Virus record (IMG/VR): IMGVR_UViG_3300021400_001310
Coordinates: 1-64,000 of that record
Direction: 5' to 3' (one strand)
Source: a virus
Lineage: Duplodnaviria; Caudoviricetes
Length of the DNA stretch: 64,000 bases
Under the pieces are notes generated by a model that made no database searches, was not told where the DNA came from, and was given only the letters and a program-made list of their open reading frames with translations. Below are positions 9,172-18,589 of this stretch, piece by piece. A program made the translations under genes and the position numbers. Every line of letters starts with the position of its first letter. Position 1 is the stretch's first letter.

Positions 9172-9633
9172 ATGTATAAGAAGGATTTAGTTGCTGCGAT
9201 CACGCAAAAATTGCGTGATGAAAATAAACGAAAGTCAGTACATCTGAAGAAAACTATTTTTCACATTACTGACGAGGATGGCAATGAAGCCGATTTCGCT
9301 GTCAGGCAGCAAGACAAACAAGTAATATATACCAACGAAGACGTTGCCAACATGCTTGATGCTCTAATGGATGTAGTTGTAGAAGCTATTAAGGATGGAG
9401 AGACTATCGAACTAAGAGGATTTGGCACATTGGGTTTATTCCGTCGCGCTGCAAGAAAAATGAGAAACGTCCATACAGGCGATTTTTTTGATTTACCTTC
9501 CCAAGATTCTATTAAATTTCAACCGGGATATGCCTTGCGTATGGCGGTTAAATTACACAATCTGCTTGAAGGCGAAAAATCACTCGACGAGCCATTAATT
9601 CTTTTTGAAGATGGTGATATAGATGGCGATTGA
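9172..9633 (+). CDS. HU/IHF-family DNA-binding protein with an insertion
   Basis: KKDLVAAI..., GETIELRGFGTL, RKMRNVHTG, IKFQPG. Confidence 0.85.
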   Translation: MYKKDLVAAITQKLRDENKRKSVHLKKTIFHITDEDGNEADFAVRQQDKQVIYTNEDVANMLDALMDVVVEAIKDGETIELRGFGTLGLFRRAARKMRNVHTGDFFDLPSQDSIKFQPGYALRMAVKLHNLLEGEKSLDEPLILFEDGDIDGD

Positions 9634-10612
9634 CGTTGATACAACAAGTGTGTCTTGCAGAAAATGCGGTCGCAGATACGGTCGTATGAAAGGATATTTT
9701 GCGGTTTCGTATGGTGACTTATATAAAGGAGTTGGATACCTCCCCTATTGTAAAGACTGCGTTGATAAGATGTACAACAATTATTACAACATTATTCAAA
9801 ATAAAAAAATGGCTGTAAGACAGATGTGTAGAAAGTTAGACATCTACTGGAATCAACAAATTTTTGATATGGCTGAAGCCAAAAGCACAACCAAAACTAT
9901 AATGACAAGTTACTTAGCTAAAGTAACCGCAACTCGCTATGCAGGTAAATCGTATGATGATACCTTAAAAGAAGAAGGTAAACTTTGGGAAAGTGTTGGC
10001 ATTGAAGATAATGGAACGAACAGCCAAATAAACAGTAACGGAACAATAGAAGAAATCACTCTTCAAAATATTCCTGAAGATGTAAAAGCCTTTTGGGGTA
10101 CGGGATATACAGCAGATATGTATATGGCTTTAGAACAAAGAAAGAACTATTGGATGTCAGAATTCCCAGAAGGATACAAATTTGATATAGGCACTAAGAT
10201 TTTAATTAAACAAATTTGCGCATTGGAACTTGATATAAATAGAGATAGAGCTGCCGGTAAATCGGCAGATAAAAATATAAATACACTTAACACGTTATTA
10301 GGCAGTCTTAATATAAAACCAGTCCAACAAAAAGCAGACGAGGCATCCAGCGGATTAGATTCCACACCTCTTGGCGTGTGGTTATATAGATATGAAAATG
10401 AGAAGCCGCTACCTGAAATTGATGATGACCTAAAAGATGTCAATGGATTAAAGAAATATATTTTCACTTGGTTTGGTCACGTTTGCAAGATGTTAGGAGT
10501 GAAGAACACTTACACTAAATTATATGAAGAAGAAATAGCTCGCCTAAGAGTAGAGAAACCCGAATATGACGACGACGATGATGAAACATTACTAATAAAT
10601 TCATATTCATAA
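9623..10612 (+). CDS. Putative terminase small subunit (Zn finger)
   Basis: Directly upstream of TerL; CRKC...CKDC; function from position only. Confidence 0.55.
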   Translation: MAIDVDTTSVSCRKCGRRYGRMKGYFAVSYGDLYKGVGYLPYCKDCVDKMYNNYYNIIQNKKMAVRQMCRKLDIYWNQQIFDMAEAKSTTKTIMTSYLAKVTATRYAGKSYDDTLKEEGKLWESVGIEDNGTNSQINSNGTIEEITLQNIPEDVKAFWGTGYTADMYMALEQRKNYWMSEFPEGYKFDIGTKILIKQICALELDINRDRAAGKSADKNINTLNTLLGSLNIKPVQQKADEASSGLDSTPLGVWLYRYENEKPLPEIDDDLKDVNGLKKYIFTWFGHVCKMLGVKNTYTKLYEEEIARLRVEKPEYDDDDDETLLINSYS

Positions 10613-10625
10613 TGTGTGATTTAAA

Positions 10626-12392
10626 ATGACGAGGTACGAGCGCGTATTAAACGGCGCGGCATATTGGGGCGCTTTTTACAGATATAATCCAGATAAATTT
10701 GTAGAAGACTATCTTCATATAAAGCTAAAAAAATTTCAAAAGATATTACTTGTAATGATGTTTTGGAGCACAACATTTGTGCTCATTGCTTGTCGTGGAT
10801 TGGGTAAATCATTTTTGAGTGCTATATATTGTGTAACAAGGTGTATATTATTTCCGGGCACGCAGGTATGTATTGCTTCGGGCACACGAGGACAAGCAAT
10901 AAATGTGCTAGAGAAAATTAAATATCAGCTAATGCCAAAGTCAGCAGAACTCAGAGCCGAGATAGACGATAAAGAGACTAAGATTAACGGTACAGACGCT
11001 AAAATTGTTTTTCATAATACCAGCGTTATAAAGGTAGTTACCGCTTCTGACTCAAGCCGTGGTAACAGATGTAATGTTCTAATCTTGGATGAGTTCAGAC
11101 TAATTAACAGAGACACAATTAATACTATTCTTCGTAAGTTTTTGACACTAAAAAGAATGCCCGATTATAGATCGCTTACGGAAGAAGAGAAGAAAAAAGA
11201 ATATGCAAAAGAGAAGAACTTGATGATGTTTTTAAGTTCTGCATTTTATAAAGACCATTGGTCTTATTTAAAATGTGTTGACACATTTAAAGCTATGTTA
11301 GACGACACAAGACGCCAATTCATTTGCGGATTTCCATATCAACTATCTATCGAAGAAGGATTGCTTGACCCAGAATCTGTTGCTGATGAAATGTCAGAGT
11401 CAGACTTCAGCGAGATTAAGTGGATGATGGAAATGGATGCAATGTGGTATGGATCAGGAGAAGACGCATTCTTTGATTTTGCTACATTGTCAAAGACGCG
11501 CAGGATACGGTATCCAATGTATCCTAACGACATAGCTTATAAAATAAACAATAACGCTTCTATAAAAATAATTCCAAAGCAAGATAAGGAGTTGCGGATT
11601 TTATCTGCTGATATTGCTTTAATGCCGAGTAAGCGTAATAAAAACGATGCTGCGGCAATTTTTATAAATCAAATGCTCCCGACCAAAGCTAACAGATATA
11701 TAAATAACATTATTTATACTGATGTTAACGAAGGATTCAGGACGGAAGAAGAAGCATTAATCATTAGAAAATTGTTTGACGAGTATGAATGTGATTATAT
11801 TGTGCTCGACACTAACGGTCTTGGATTAGGTGTATACGATAGTTTATCTAATGATATAACCGATCCTGAAACTGGTCAAATATATCCAGCTTTATCATGT
11901 TGTAACGATAAGATAATGGCAGAGAGATGTACGGTGGTCGGAGCACAAAAGGCAATTTGGTCTATTAAAGCCAGCGCAAAGTTTAATTCAGACGCTGCCG
12001 TGTTGTTAAGAGACGGTTTTAAAAACGGAAGGATAAGACTATTAGTAACAGAGTATAACGCTGATGAAGCACTTTCAGAATTAAAAGGTTATAAATCGTT
12101 AAGTCCGGCGGATAAGACTAAGTTACAATTACCTTACATATATACAACATTATTGATTGACGAGTTAACAAAACTTAATCATGACGAATCAAGCGGACAG
12201 ATCAGAATAACCGAACGCTCTGGTATGAGAAAAGATAGATACTCCAGCTTATCATACAATTATTATGTTGCTCTACAAATCGAAAACAAAGAAAATAAAA
12301 AGCAATCACTTGAAATTCAATCTGATGAGTCGTTTATAGTAAAGGCTCCAAAATATAAAGGAAGGGCGGTGAATAGTTTATTTGGAAGATAA
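10626..12392 (+). CDS. terL: Terminase large subunit
   Basis: Walker A ACRGLGKS, Walker B LILDE, RNase H-like SADIA/VLDT/KDRYSS. Confidence 0.92.
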   Translation: MTRYERVLNGAAYWGAFYRYNPDKFVEDYLHIKLKKFQKILLVMMFWSTTFVLIACRGLGKSFLSAIYCVTRCILFPGTQVCIASGTRGQAINVLEKIKYQLMPKSAELRAEIDDKETKINGTDAKIVFHNTSVIKVVTASDSSRGNRCNVLILDEFRLINRDTINTILRKFLTLKRMPDYRSLTEEEKKKEYAKEKNLMMFLSSAFYKDHWSYLKCVDTFKAMLDDTRRQFICGFPYQLSIEEGLLDPESVADEMSESDFSEIKWMMEMDAMWYGSGEDAFFDFATLSKTRRIRYPMYPNDIAYKINNNASIKIIPKQDKELRILSADIALMPSKRNKNDAAAIFINQMLPTKANRYINNIIYTDVNEGFRTEEEALIIRKLFDEYECDYIVLDTNGLGLGVYDSLSNDITDPETGQIYPALSCCNDKIMAERCTVVGAQKAIWSIKASAKFNSDAAVLLRDGFKNGRIRLLVTEYNADEALSELKGYKSLSPADKTKLQLPYIYTTLLIDELTKLNHDESSGQIRITERSGMRKDRYSSLSYNYYVALQIENKENKKQSLEIQSDESFIVKAPKYKGRAVNSLFGR

Positions 12393-13878
12393 CGATAAAA
12401 AGCAATTAGATATTGATTTTCAAAACGTCGATGATTATGTTAGGTTATCATACGATATTAACAAGTTTAACAAACTTGTTCTTAACGACTTAGAAAGCCG
12501 TACACCTAACAATCAAGCGTTTTCACTTTTCACTAAAGATGACATCAATAAATATTTAACAGATCCTGCTGGTTGTGAGGAACAACTTCGTAAAGCGGTA
12601 AATTATATGTATGGAGCCAGTCCTCACTTTCGAAGACTGATTCAGTATTTTGTTACATTGTCAGATTTGTCTTATGTTGTATCCCCTCATAAAATAAACC
12701 CACAAAAAGCAAATATAAGAACAACATCGTTAAACTACAGAAAAGTGCTCAAAACTTTGGCTGCAATGAAAATAAAAACACAATGTCCAGAAATGCTAAC
12801 GATATGTTTAAGGGAAGATATATATTATTGTACAATGTGGGTTAACAGTGAAGATATTATTTTTCAAACTTTACCACCTGACTATTGCAAAATATCATCG
12901 ATTGAAGCTAACGTGTTTAATGTAGCTTTCGACTTTTCTTATTTTAATTCAAGAAAAGGTCTTCTTAATTTTTTCCCAGAGGAATTCAAACTTAAGTATG
13001 ATATCTATACTAAGAACCGAATAGACAACTGGATTGAGTTAGACTCGCCAACTTCATTTGCAATAAAATGTAACAAAGACACTCCCCTATATGCGTTACC
13101 TCCATTTGCTGGAATTCTTAGAGAAGTATATGATATTGAAGATTATAAACAGTTAAAGAAAACAAAGACAAGTTTAGAGAATTACGCAATGTTAAATATG
13201 AAACTACCTATGAACAAAGATGGTGAGTATTTACTTAATTATAAGAAAGCAAAGTCATTCTGGCAAAATTTAGATGCGGTTCTTCCAGAAGAAGTCGGTT
13301 CTGTTCTTAGTCCGATGGATATCGAAATGATCAGATTTGAGAAGTCAAATACCGGGGAAGTTAACACAGTTGCAGAAGCAGAACAAAACCTATTTTCTGC
13401 CGCCGGAGTTTCATCTTTATTGTTTAATAATTCCAAAGCGTCTGCAAACGCATTACTCCTATCTATTAAATCAGATCAGGGAATTACATATGGAATAGTT
13501 AAAAGCATTGAAGATGCAATAAATAGATACATACAATCCCAGTCTTACGGCAAATATTTCAAAGTTACATTTCTTGATGTATCTCCTTACAATAGGAAAG
13601 AAGCCGGGGACGCATATCTAAAGGCTGCTTCATATGGCATGCCAACAATCTCAATGTATGCTGCTTCTCAAGGTTTAGATCAGGCTGAACTTGATTCTAT
13701 GAGTTTCCTTGAAGGAGATATATTAAAGTTAGTAGATATGTTTAAACCGTTACGAAATTCTGCACAATTAAGCTCCGAGGATTTAGAAGAAGATAGCCAA
13801 GGAAGACCACAGGCAGAGGACGAAGACTTAACTGATTCAGGTGAGCAAAGCAGAGAAGATTCTGATGACTGGGGATAA
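12382..13878 (+). CDS. Portal protein
   Basis: 498 aa after TerL; acidic C-tail with GRP motif. Confidence 0.8.
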   Translation: MEDNDKKQLDIDFQNVDDYVRLSYDINKFNKLVLNDLESRTPNNQAFSLFTKDDINKYLTDPAGCEEQLRKAVNYMYGASPHFRRLIQYFVTLSDLSYVVSPHKINPQKANIRTTSLNYRKVLKTLAAMKIKTQCPEMLTICLREDIYYCTMWVNSEDIIFQTLPPDYCKISSIEANVFNVAFDFSYFNSRKGLLNFFPEEFKLKYDIYTKNRIDNWIELDSPTSFAIKCNKDTPLYALPPFAGILREVYDIEDYKQLKKTKTSLENYAMLNMKLPMNKDGEYLLNYKKAKSFWQNLDAVLPEEVGSVLSPMDIEMIRFEKSNTGEVNTVAEAEQNLFSAAGVSSLLFNNSKASANALLLSIKSDQGITYGIVKSIEDAINRYIQSQSYGKYFKVTFLDVSPYNRKEAGDAYLKAASYGMPTISMYAASQGLDQAELDSMSFLEGDILKLVDMFKPLRNSAQLSSEDLEEDSQGRPQAEDEDLTDSGEQSREDSDDWG

Positions 13879-13900
13879 ATTAAAACAAGAATGAGAGGAA

Positions 13901-14089
13901 ATGAACATGGATAATAAATTTATTTATGTGTTCACAGACGATGCAAGAGATAAATTGTTAAGTATGGGGTTCAAATTATTAAAACAATCCCCCGGAAAAA
14001 CATACATATTTGATTCAACTAATGTCGATTTTAGTATCCACGATATAAACGATATTAGTTTTATTACATCAGATACTCTTACATTTTAA
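13901..14089 (+). CDS. Small head-module hypothetical protein
   Basis: KFIYVF..RDKLLSMGFKLLK; SD present. Confidence 0.6.
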   Translation: MNMDNKFIYVFTDDARDKLLSMGFKLLKQSPGKTYIFDSTNVDFSIHDINDISFITSDTLTF

Positions 14090-14146
14090 AAATATAACCT
14101 TCTTGTTGTAATAACAAGAAGGCGTTTATTTTTTTTGGAGGTTGAG

Positions 14147-15682
14147 ATGAGTTTAGTAAATAAAACTAATATACAAAATATTCAATTCAATACATCTATC
14201 ACTAATTTTTGTGAGGTTAATTCATCTTTCGACTCAGCAATATTGAGAATCTGTTATATAGGAGAAAACCGTAACGGTTCCTACATATCAAAAGAAGCAA
14301 TAGAAAAAGCAATAAGTTCGATATACAACTGTCCAATTGTTTGTAGTTATAACAGGGAAACAGATTCGTTTGGCGGTCACGATGTTGAAATAGTTGCAAC
14401 GCAAGACGGAGATTTAAAGTTAATTAACGCTACACAACCGATAGGATGTATTCCTGAGAGTGCCAATGTATGGTTCGATACTTATGAAGAGGAAGACGGT
14501 TCTGTACACGAATATCTTTTCGCAAAGGTGTTGCTTTGGAAAAGACAAGAAGCATATCAAAAATTACGCAAAGACGGCGTAGCGAAGCACTCAATGGAAA
14601 TTAAAGTTTTACAGAATCATGATGAAGATGGTCTGTATTGCATAGATGATTTTGAGTTTACAGCATTTGCAATTATTGGAGTAGAGCCGTGTTTCGAAGG
14701 CTCTGCTATCGAAATGTTTTCTAAGAATGAATTCAAGCAAATGCTTGATGAGATGATGAGAGACATCTCGTCAAATTACAACACTATCAACACTTTCTTT
14801 AAAGTTGATAATAAAGAATCACGAGATTTAACGAAAGGAGGAAGTAACATGGACGATAAGTTAATGCTGCTTGCAGAGTATGGATACAGTGTCGATGATT
14901 TATCTTTTTCTATTGAAGAAGCCTCGCTGGATGAATTAAAAGAAAAATTAGTAGAAATGTCTAAGGAAGACAGCGAACCTGATAGTTCTTCAAACAAATT
15001 TGAACTTACAACAAATTTAATAGACTTGCTTGCGAGAGCACTTTCTGATGCAGTTTATTCAACATCGTGGGGTGCTGAAAAAGGTAGATATATTTATGTT
15101 GATTCAGATGTAGAAAAATGCTTAGTTTATGTTTGGGATATAACCGACTGGCTTTTATACGGATTTAGTTTTACTGCAAATGGCGATGCTGTTGATATTG
15201 ATTTTGAAAACGGTAGACGTATGAAATATGCAATCGTCGAGTTTGATGAGGGTGATCAAAGTTCTCCTTTCGCTCAGACTTACAATGAGATGCAAAAAGA
15301 AATTGAAGACTGTAAAGAGTATGTCAAAAAATATGAAGATGCAGCGTCTCAGATTGAACAGTTAGAATCTAAAATATCCGAACTTGAAGAATTTAAGTCC
15401 AACACAGAGAATACAGAGATTAGAAACAAAAAGAAAAATATATTGTCTCAGTTTTCTGACCTTAGTTCTCTTGAGGCGTTTGAAGTAATTCAAGAAAATA
15501 TTGATGATTACGATGAAGAGACATTAACAGAGAAATTATATGCCTTACGTGGCAGACAGCATACAATTAAATTTAACTTAGATAAGTTAAATCCCAAGAT
15601 ATACTTAAACGGAGATAATCAGAGTTTCAAACACGATGATGATCCCTACGGCGGAATTGTCGAGTTCTATAAAGATAAATAA
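14147..15682 (+). CDS. Prohead protease/scaffold fusion
   Basis: GENRNGS, FGGHD, HSMEI, VEPCF in the N-domain; coiled-coil C-terminus; ATG 14147 after GGAGG. Confidence 0.75.
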   Translation: MSLVNKTNIQNIQFNTSITNFCEVNSSFDSAILRICYIGENRNGSYISKEAIEKAISSIYNCPIVCSYNRETDSFGGHDVEIVATQDGDLKLINATQPIGCIPESANVWFDTYEEEDGSVHEYLFAKVLLWKRQEAYQKLRKDGVAKHSMEIKVLQNHDEDGLYCIDDFEFTAFAIIGVEPCFEGSAIEMFSKNEFKQMLDEMMRDISSNYNTINTFFKVDNKESRDLTKGGSNMDDKLMLLAEYGYSVDDLSFSIEEASLDELKEKLVEMSKEDSEPDSSSNKFELTTNLIDLLARALSDAVYSTSWGAEKGRYIYVDSDVEKCLVYVWDITDWLLYGFSFTANGDAVDIDFENGRRMKYAIVEFDEGDQSSPFAQTYNEMQKEIEDCKEYVKKYEDAASQIEQLESKISELEEFKSNTENTEIRNKKKNILSQFSDLSSLEAFEVIQENIDDYDEETLTEKLYALRGRQHTIKFNLDKLNPKIYLNGDNQSFKHDDDPYGGIVEFYKDK

Positions 15683-15698
15683 TTAGGAGGAATTAATA

Positions 15699-16217
15699 AT
15701 GAGTTATGCAGTAGTTCGTACTGACAAAATGACAGGCACAGATGTAAGATCTGAACTTACTTCTGTACGTTATGTTGCAAATGATGAATTCGCAGCAATT
15801 GAAAACGGTAATGTAGTTAAACTTGATGGATTAGAGACTGATTCAAAATCAGTAATTACCTCAAGAGAAGTTTATAAAGGTATTGCTCCCACAGCAGACG
15901 CACCGATTAAAGATGTTGTCCTTATTGCTTCTCCTGAAGTAATGTATGATGAGCGCAAGAGAGAGTTAGATCAGTTTATTAACGAGGCTGGTACTATTTC
16001 CAGAGGCTACCATCTTCATACCAATGATGTATTCTCTGTAACAATCGAAGCGCTTGATAGTGAAAATACGCCCGCAGTTGGCAACCTTGTAGAGCTTCAG
16101 GCTGGAACAAAACTTAAGGTTGTTTCAGAGGCAACAGAAGGTTCTACACAGATTGGTAGTATCATCGACATTAATGTTGTTGGTAGATATACATACTACG
16201 CAATCAAAGTAAACTAA
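15699..16217 (+). CDS. Capsid decoration/cement protein
   Basis: Between protease and capsid; IENGNVV motif; high-expression codon style. Confidence 0.6.
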   Translation: MSYAVVRTDKMTGTDVRSELTSVRYVANDEFAAIENGNVVKLDGLETDSKSVITSREVYKGIAPTADAPIKDVVLIASPEVMYDERKRELDQFINEAGTISRGYHLHTNDVFSVTIEALDSENTPAVGNLVELQAGTKLKVVSEATEGSTQIGSIIDINVVGRYTYYAIKVN

Positions 16218-16242
16218 TTTTGAGGAAAGGTGGTATTAATAT

Positions 16243-17253
16243 ATGGAAATGGTAGATATCGTAAAATTAGCCGTTGATGGTTATCACGGTAGAGTTGAAA
16301 AATATTCTGTAACAGATTCACAGGAAACCTTACGTAAAGCTCTCATCGATCTTAACGGTGGCAGCACCAAACTTGATTACAAAGCTATTCGTGACGGCAA
16401 ATGCAAAGGTTTGTTTACTCTTATTGAAACGATTCTGAGTAAGACAGTAATGGAAGGTCTGTCTGAAGATGATTTCTTTATGGCACTTGTTGAGTTTAGA
16501 AATCTTGCTGAAGGCGATCAGAACTTATTTATAGTTGAAGATGATAACTTATTTGTTATTGACGATACAGCAAATGGTACACAGGGTGTACGTCGTCAGA
16601 GACTTGGCGGTTCTTCCGAGTTATCAATTCCTACAACTATGAAGACGGTTCGTATTTATGAAGAGCTTAACCGCGTTCTTTCAGGTAGGGTTGACTTTAA
16701 CCATCTTATTGATAAGGTAGCAGAATCATTCAGACAGAAGATTCTTAATGACATTTATACTCTTTGGGATAACGTTACAGCTAACGATCTAAATGGTGTT
16801 GAGTATTATGTAGCTGGTGGCTCTTATAATACAACTGCACTTCTGGATCTTATCGAGCACGTAGAAGCAGCATCTGGTGGTAAGAGTGCTACTATCGTAG
16901 GTACAAAAGCGGCTTGTCGTATGCTTGCTCCTGATATCCAGTCAGAAACAACAAAGAACGAATTAAATGCTATTGGTTATTACGGTTCGTTCTATGGTAC
17001 TCCTGTTCTTGCAACAAAACAGCGCTACGTTCCGGGAACAAAAACATTTGCGTTTAAAGATAACGTACTTACCATTGTAACTGGAGATATCAAACCGATT
17101 AAGTTTGTTTATGAAGGTGACCCGCTTATCATCATGGGCAATCCGCTTGCTAATGCAGACTTAACTCAGGAGTATTTCTATGGTGAGAAATACGGTCTGG
17201 GTCTTATTCTTGCCGGTGGCAACTCAGGTATTGGTAGATACGAGACAGTTTAA
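16243..17253 (+). CDS. Major capsid protein
   Basis: 336 aa, position, codon bias, downstream hairpin. Confidence 0.8.
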   Translation: MEMVDIVKLAVDGYHGRVEKYSVTDSQETLRKALIDLNGGSTKLDYKAIRDGKCKGLFTLIETILSKTVMEGLSEDDFFMALVEFRNLAEGDQNLFIVEDDNLFVIDDTANGTQGVRRQRLGGSSELSIPTTMKTVRIYEELNRVLSGRVDFNHLIDKVAESFRQKILNDIYTLWDNVTANDLNGVEYYVAGGSYNTTALLDLIEHVEAASGGKSATIVGTKAACRMLAPDIQSETTKNELNAIGYYGSFYGTPVLATKQRYVPGTKTFAFKDNVLTIVTGDIKPIKFVYEGDPLIIMGNPLANADLTQEYFYGEKYGLGLILAGGNSGIGRYETV

Positions 17254-17316
17254 TTATATTTAATTATGGTGGACGGCTATGCGAATAACCGTCCACTTTG
17301 AATAAGAGGAGAAGAA

Positions 17317-17817
17317 ATGAAAACTGAAAAAGAAAACATAGTAGAAAAAGAAAAGCCTATTGTTCCAAAAGATATTGATATATATCAGATGATTACAGTT
17401 AGAAACGGGTTCCAAGGGAAACTTATATATACAAGTTCGAGAACAGGAGAAACTTTCGTCTGGGATAGTTTTGGAAGCGAACAAGAAATCGAGCTGAGAG
17501 AGTTAAGAAACGCTAAGAATTCAGCTAAAGGTTTTTTTATCAATAATTGGTTTATGTTTAACGACGAAGATAAATGGGTAATTGATTATCTGGGTATGAG
17601 TATGTATTACAAAAATGCTATTAAGCTTGATGAGTTTGATAGTATATTCAAACAGAAACCCTCTGAAATAAAGAAGACCGTTTCTAAACTTTCCGAAGGG
17701 CAGAAGCGCTCATTGCTTTATCGAGCTAAGCAACTTATTGCCGCAAAAGAAATCGACTCGTTAAATGCTATTGGTGCGTTAGAACAGGCTTTAGGCGTTG
17801 AACTTATTGAACATTAA
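17317..17817 (+). CDS. Hypothetical head-module protein
   Basis: ORF with SD after the capsid gene. Confidence 0.65.
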   Translation: MKTEKENIVEKEKPIVPKDIDIYQMITVRNGFQGKLIYTSSRTGETFVWDSFGSEQEIELRELRNAKNSAKGFFINNWFMFNDEDKWVIDYLGMSMYYKNAIKLDEFDSIFKQKPSEIKKTVSKLSEGQKRSLLYRAKQLIAAKEIDSLNAIGALEQALGVELIEH

Positions 17818-17828
17818 AGGAGGTATCT

Positions 17829-18278
17829 ATGAGCATCTCGTATGATGTATTTACAAACTCCTTTTTAAGTAAAATCACAGAATACGATTTTCTCGAATTA
17901 ACAAAGGAAGAACGAGAAAACGTAGTTGATAATTATATGTACAAATCTATTAACGCATTCAAAGAAGTATGTCAGTATGATTTAATGAGTCACCGAAATA
18001 TTAGTGAACGGCAGTTTGATATTGATATACCAGAATCAGATATCGAAGAAATCGCAGATATTGTTTCCGAAGGTATGGTAGCACAGTGGATAAAGCCTTA
18101 TGTATATAATCAAGAACAATTACAAAATGTTTTAAATACAAGAGACTTTACGACCTACTCCCCTGCTGAATTGTTGATGCGTGTTAATGGAACTTATAAA
18201 GACGTTCAAAAGAATTTTATCAATATGATTAGGGAGTATTCATATCGACACGGAGATTTATCTGTTCTCCATATATAG
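17829..18278 (+). CDS. Putative head-tail adaptor
   Basis: Position; RDFTTYSPAELL; helical character. Confidence 0.55.
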   Translation: MSISYDVFTNSFLSKITEYDFLELTKEERENVVDNYMYKSINAFKEVCQYDLMSHRNISERQFDIDIPESDIEEIADIVSEGMVAQWIKPYVYNQEQLQNVLNTRDFTTYSPAELLMRVNGTYKDVQKNFINMIREYSYRHGDLSVLHI

Positions 18279-18281
18279 TAT

Positions 18282-18587
18282 ATGAATTCTAAACTAATTG
18301 AGAATTATTTTGAATATTTAATAAACCATTTCTTTAAGATACTCCCGCTTAAAGAAGGAAAAGAAAACACTTTGCCTGTGTATATCGAGAGTTTACAGGC
18401 AGAATTATTAGGGTTTGAAAAGTTATTCAAGTCGCTTAATTACAATGGCTCAATCGTAACTCTTATTTCTATTCTGCAATATCTAATTGACAGACCGGAT
18501 TGCCCTACCCATGTTGTAAAAAGAGAAGTCTTTAAGGCAATTTCTATTTGCGAACATCTATTAAAATCATACCGAGGTGATGATTAA
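18282..18587 (+). CDS. Hypothetical protein
   Basis: ORF within the connector operon. Confidence 0.6.
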   Translation: MNSKLIENYFEYLINHFFKILPLKEGKENTLPVYIESLQAELLGFEKLFKSLNYNGSIVTLISILQYLIDRPDCPTHVVKREVFKAISICEHLLKSYRGDD

Positions 18588-18589
18588 TA